Assembly: GCA_030324005.1 (NCBI GenBank)
Contig: JARDVH010000106.1
Coordinates: 28,434,698 to 28,498,697 of the forward strand
Reading direction: 5' to 3'
Origin: Negaprion brevirostris
Taxonomy: Eukaryota
Length of the DNA stretch: 64,000 nucleotides
The notes under the pieces: generated by a model
What the model was told of the DNA's origin: nothing
The model's database searches: none
Seen by the model: only the letters and a program-made list of their open reading frames with translations
Position numbers and translations under genes: made by a program
Part shown: positions 59,483-64,000 of the stretch, in pieces
Position numbering within the stretch: position 1 is the first letter of the stretch
Layout of the letters: each line of letters begins with the position of its first letter

Positions 59483-61469
59483 AACATGGTTGACTGTGTG
59501 CAAGGCTTTAGCTCCCCAGAAACAAGACAGCTTATAGCAAAAGGAGACTAAAAAGGGTTGAGCTGAGGGAGAGGGGGAAACCTTTTATAGTCTTTTCCTG
59601 TTTGCAGAGCAGCATAAGAAATACTTTCAACCTTGGCACCCTTAATATCTGCTAGTTTTAGTTGCTATTTCATGTTCTTGTTCAGTGAATAACCTGTTTG
59701 TTACACAACGTGCTATTATTAATTTACAGTGACTGAATCTATACGCAAGTTAGACAAATTACACAGCAAGTGTCTGCACAAATTGGGCTATAAACCTTTC
59801 AAATACAAAATTTCAATTAAAAAAGGTACTCCCCTTAACAAAATTTAATGGCTGGAATCAATTGGGGAATAGTGCACAATGTATAAATTGGACAGGATTT
59901 TGAGATTTCAGATCTGTTTTTAAAATAAAAGCTCATGTTTAAAAAATGAAATCCCTCACTTAAGCCTCCCACTGTAATCCCTTGTTTATGGTGTAAAAGC
60001 TCACTGAACCCTGGCACTGAACAGTCCAGTTTCTGTTTTTCCTATTAGGGGAATTACCTAGAGTATAAACACACTGGCTTCACCGTTCACTTACACTTGA
60101 AAGACAGAAAGAAATGACAGCAGCAATTAATATGTGCCTAAGATGATAGATTCAGTTTTAACAAACCTTGTGGATGGTATGTTGCCTGGAGCACAATGCA
60201 GTGTTTGGCACAAGATGTGGGATTGTAAACAGTATTTTCACAGATGCAGACAACCTTGATACTTAATGTTCATTGATATTACCTTGGTATATTGATATGG
60301 TTAAAATAAACTCTGGAAGCTGCTGATCAAATTCAGTTATCAGATGAAATTATTAATTTCAGACAAGCCCATGGTGGCATTGTGAATGCAGTAATTACTG
60401 ATAATGATATTTAATATAATCCCCAATATAAATCATCCCAAGCCTTTCAGTTATTTTTGCAACTATGCTGATTGATGCCACAGCAAATCTGAATAACCAC
60501 CTCTCCGTTTAATTCTCAACAGTTGGTGACAATAACATTTTTATCTTTGGATTGTCTGAGGTTTATTTATTATTGACGACAACGTATATGTTAAGATTGA
60601 TCAGTATGAACTACTTCCTTTTGAGACTAAGATAATTTACATAAAACTTTGGCTAGGACTCTACCTTCATGCAAGGCAAATATCTGTATAATTTTGTAAG
60701 TCCTTAATGTGTAACCATCTGTACCATTGCCAGCAAAGCAAAATCTAACAGTATTGCACTTGACTATAATTAGTCTTGAAATGTGGCTATTGTATTGGAT
60801 AACACAGGAGTAGATATAATTCATATTTTTATAACCCTGTTGAAATTTATCTAAGATCTTGGCTGGCTTCTCCGAGTCCAAAGTCAATATGGAATATGCA
60901 AATGTAACTACTTTTCATTGAAGCTGTAATTTCAGGATGTTTATGATACCAGCAACAGGAGGGATAAAGCATAGATTGTTGGAACATCATATTCAAACCC
61001 ACTACATCATTGTGACCTCCCACTTTACATCCTTTTTTAACCAGCTGATCTATGTTTTGCCCTTAATACATGGACACCTTCATTTGTAAGAGTCACCTGA
61101 TCCTTGTTGGCAATCAAGATACATTGCATTATGCAAAGTCCTCTTGGTGTCCTGCCTCCAAAAAATGATATGAAGAATGGTCAGATAAGATTTACTCTTC
61201 AAAAACCAAACTGGTCCTCAATTATTAGGTTACTTTTCACACAATATTACTTTTCATATTTGGGCAGGATTTTCTGGCAGTTTCTGTTAGTGGGATCTTC
61301 TCGTTCCACTGACTGCCCTCCCCAGCTGTGGGTTCCCTGGCATCAGAGGGTGCGATGAAAGGGCAACTTTTTACAGCAGTGGGATCGGAAGATCCTAACT
61401 CTGGTCAGTAGTGGGCCACCCCCATCATCAGGGTGGAAGACTGTGAAAGATAACAGAAAATGAACATAG

Positions 61470-62900
61470 AAATAGAGAAGGTGCTAGCTGGTTTAACAGT
61501 CATAAAGATGGTTAAATCTGCAAGCCCAGATGAGATCAAGCACAAGCTGCTGAGGGAGCAAGGGAGGAGATGTCAGGGGCAGTAGCATTAATTTTCAAAT
61601 CCTCCAGGGCCACGGGTGAGGTTGCCAGAGGACTGAAGGATTGCTAATTGTTCCATTATTTAAAAAGGGAGGTGGGGTAGTCCAGGAAATTATAGGCCAA
61701 TCAATGTAACCTCAAAGGTGGGCAAGTTACTAGAAAGAATTGAGATTGAATACATCTGCATTTGGATAGTCATGGATTAATCAGGGATAGTCAGTGCAAA
61801 TTTATTAAGAGAAGGTTGCATTTGACAAATTTCATCAAATTTTTTGAGGAGGTAACCAGGAATGTTGATGAAGTTAATGCATTTGCTATGGTCTATATGG
61901 ACTTCTGACAAGATTCTACATGGCAGAGTGGTCAAGAAAATAGACCCATTGGATCCAAAGCAAATGATACATTGGATTCATAATTGACTGAGAGGCAAGA
62001 AGTTGGGGGTGATGGTACAGGTGTTTCTGTGACTGATAGTCTGTTTCCAATTTGGTTTTGCGGTGCATTTAATGATTTGAACCGAAATGTAGCGGGCATG
62101 ATCAAAAAGGATGACACGAATATCGATAGAGTGCTAAGTATTGAGGAAGAAAGCTGTAGACTGTAGAAGGATATTAAAGGACTGGTCAGGTGGGCAGAGC
62201 AGTGGCAAATGGAGTTCAACCTGGAAAGTGTGAGGTAATGCACTTGGAAAGGGCAAGCAAGGCAAAAGACTACACTATAAATGTTAGGACCCTGGAAAGT
62301 ACTGAAGATTAAAGGAACCTTGGAGTATATATCCACAGATTCTTGAAGGTGGCAAGGCAGGAAGATAAGTGCTTGAGGAGGCAAATGGAATACTTGCCTT
62401 TATTAGCTGAGGCATTGAATACAATAGCAGGGAGGTCATGTTGGAATACTGGTTAGGCCACAATAATTTTCATTGCAACTTAGTTGCAGTGTTAATGTAA
62501 GGCTACTTGTGACACTAAGAAATAAACTTAAACTGGAATACTGCCTGCTGCTTTTCCTGAAGTAGTGAAGGTCAGTCGAGCTGGATAACATTACACCATG
62601 AATAGGAAAGTGTTTTTGCCATTTAGAGAGGTCAATCAGTGGACATAGATTTAAGGTAAGAGGCTAAAAGGGGAGCTGAGGAGGAAGTTTTTCACCCAGA
62701 GGGTGGTGAAAGTCTGGAACTCAATACCTGAAAGAGTGGTTGAGTCAGGAACACTCGTAATATTTAAGAAATATTGAGATGTTCACTTGTGTTGCCATAA
62801 CTTACAGGGTTATGGGCCCAAACACTGGCTAATGGGATTAGTGTAGTCGGAGCTGCGACTGGCATGGACAAGATGAGCCAAATGATCTCCTGTGCTGAAT
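61470..62900 (+). mobile_element. CR1 LINE RT to 3' end, decayed, with a MER6-like tail fragment inserted at ~62465-62530
   Basis: VPLFKKG...PGNYRPINVTSKVGKLLE, LTNFIKFFEEVT, WAEQWQMEFN, and TTTTTCACCCAGAGGGTGGTG. Confidence 0.9.
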
Positions 62901-63039
62901 CTAAAATGTGCTGGGGCGGGGCAGGGTGGGAATCCTTCCAATTCTTTCTACTGATTTGATTCTATTCATTTTCTCATTACTGACATCAAGCTAATGGATC
63001 TGTAATTGCCAGAGACGGCACTGCTACCATTTTGCAATA

Positions 63040-63300
63040 TTCCAGAGAATCCCCTCCATATTTACTGCTTCAAGATGCAGACAGCAGTTTTGACTTGGAG
63101 AAGGTGAAAAGTGGAAAGCTGGCTGGATGAATATTGATTGGAATGAAGTTGAGGCGATAAAACCACGAATGAGGATTTCGGGGATAATAGATGGATGTGG
63201 AAGTGATGGAGAAGATTTGGGATCAGACACTTAACAGAGCTGAGTTCAGGGTGCCAAGATTCCCAACAGTGTTTGTTTTTTTTTCCTGAAACTGGTCAGA
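63040..63300 (-). mobile_element. L2 fragment
   Basis: ORF 63024..63230(-) PEILIRGFIAS resembles L2 AETLIHAFVTS. Confidence 0.5.
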
Positions 63301-63323
63301 GAGAAGGAAGAAATAATAATAAT

Positions 63324-63510
63324 GGCACAATGGTTAGCACTGCTGCCTCATAGCACCAGACGTACTGATTAGGTGCATTGGCCATGCTAAATTCTCCCTA
63401 AGTATACCCAAACAGATGCTGCCAGAGAGTGGTGACTAGGGTATTTTCACAGTAACTCCATTGCATTGGTAATGTAAGCCTTACTTGTGACTAATAAATC
63501 AACTTTACTT
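63324..63510 (+). mobile_element. Internally deleted MER6-like V-SINE
   Basis: Head GGCACAATGGTTAGCACTGCTGCCTCA joined to TTAGGTGCATTGGCCATGCTAAATT...TAATGTAAGCCTTACTTGTGACTAATAAA. Confidence 0.8.
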
Positions 63511-64000
63511 TTCACTTAAAATCAGTACGAAGTTTGTGCCAGGATCAAAGATGATGGCTTTGATCTATCTATTAGAGCGGATTATGGCTCACTTATTAAG
63601 ATTTCAGTCTGAAAAGATGCCATGTATGTGTAATACCTTGTATTGAATTTGTTATTATTGTTCCTAGTAAAAACTTAAGTTGTAATCATTTAACATGTTA
63701 ATTATCTCTGGGCCATTCTTTTGTTAAATACTATGTAGTTTCTTACTATTTTAGTTTCCTTCCTAACTATCTGATTGTTATTTAGGATTTCTTGAAATAT
63801 GTTTTGTTAAGAAATGCCTATGTTGTGGAGTTTTCTTGAACTCTTACAGTCCTTTATCTGTTTTAGAAAGGGAGTTTTGATTTGAAATTAATTTCTTCCC
63901 AGCTAAGGAATTTGGCTTATTTATATTGATGGTATGCACCAGCAGAAGTGCAGTATATTTGCTCTGACTAATAGAAGGATGTGTTGTGTCAAGTGGTGCT

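Noticed and set aside
58528-64000. Next CRYZL1 exon (FGxxAIQLA...GAKV)
   Set aside because: No matching peptide with splice sites was seen, so it is presumed to lie downstream of the window.
1-64000. tRNA genes, CRISPR arrays or prokaryotic systems
   Set aside because: All A/B-box hits are SINE heads, there are no repeat-spacer arrays, and the sequence is vertebrate intronic DNA.

Overview
This is eukaryotic vertebrate DNA, almost certainly from a cartilaginous fish (shark or ray), judged from the HE1-type V-SINEs, DeuSINEs and the CR1/L2/Penelope repertoire. It is a draft assembly with many N gaps. The only protein-coding host gene I can support is the 5' part of CRYZL1 (FERRY subunit Fy-4) on the + strand: six coding exons between 46090 and 58527, giving 155 codons in one open frame, with the rest beyond the window. 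A CpG-rich island at about 37650-38290 looks like a bidirectional promoter. Its minus-strand side carries a first exon ending GAGATGAG|GTAAGC, which fits ITSN1, the head-to-head partner of CRYZL1 in human. If so, 1-37659 is ITSN1 intron 1. The rest is mostly decayed mobile DNA. The best leads are (1) a ~5 kb decayed R2-clade retroelement outside rDNA, (2) Penelope-derived fold-backs with minimal hammerhead ribozyme motifs, (3) a Harbinger transposon with a spliced Myb/SANT gene remnant in a CRYZL1 intron, (4) a 123-bp inverted duplication at a young CR1 insertion, and (5) an unexplained 24/25-bp match between a 90-nt CRYZL1 intron and a site 55 kb away. I see no convincing intact new biological system. 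Repeat boundaries are approximate, and comparisons to human sequence are from memory, not from a search.
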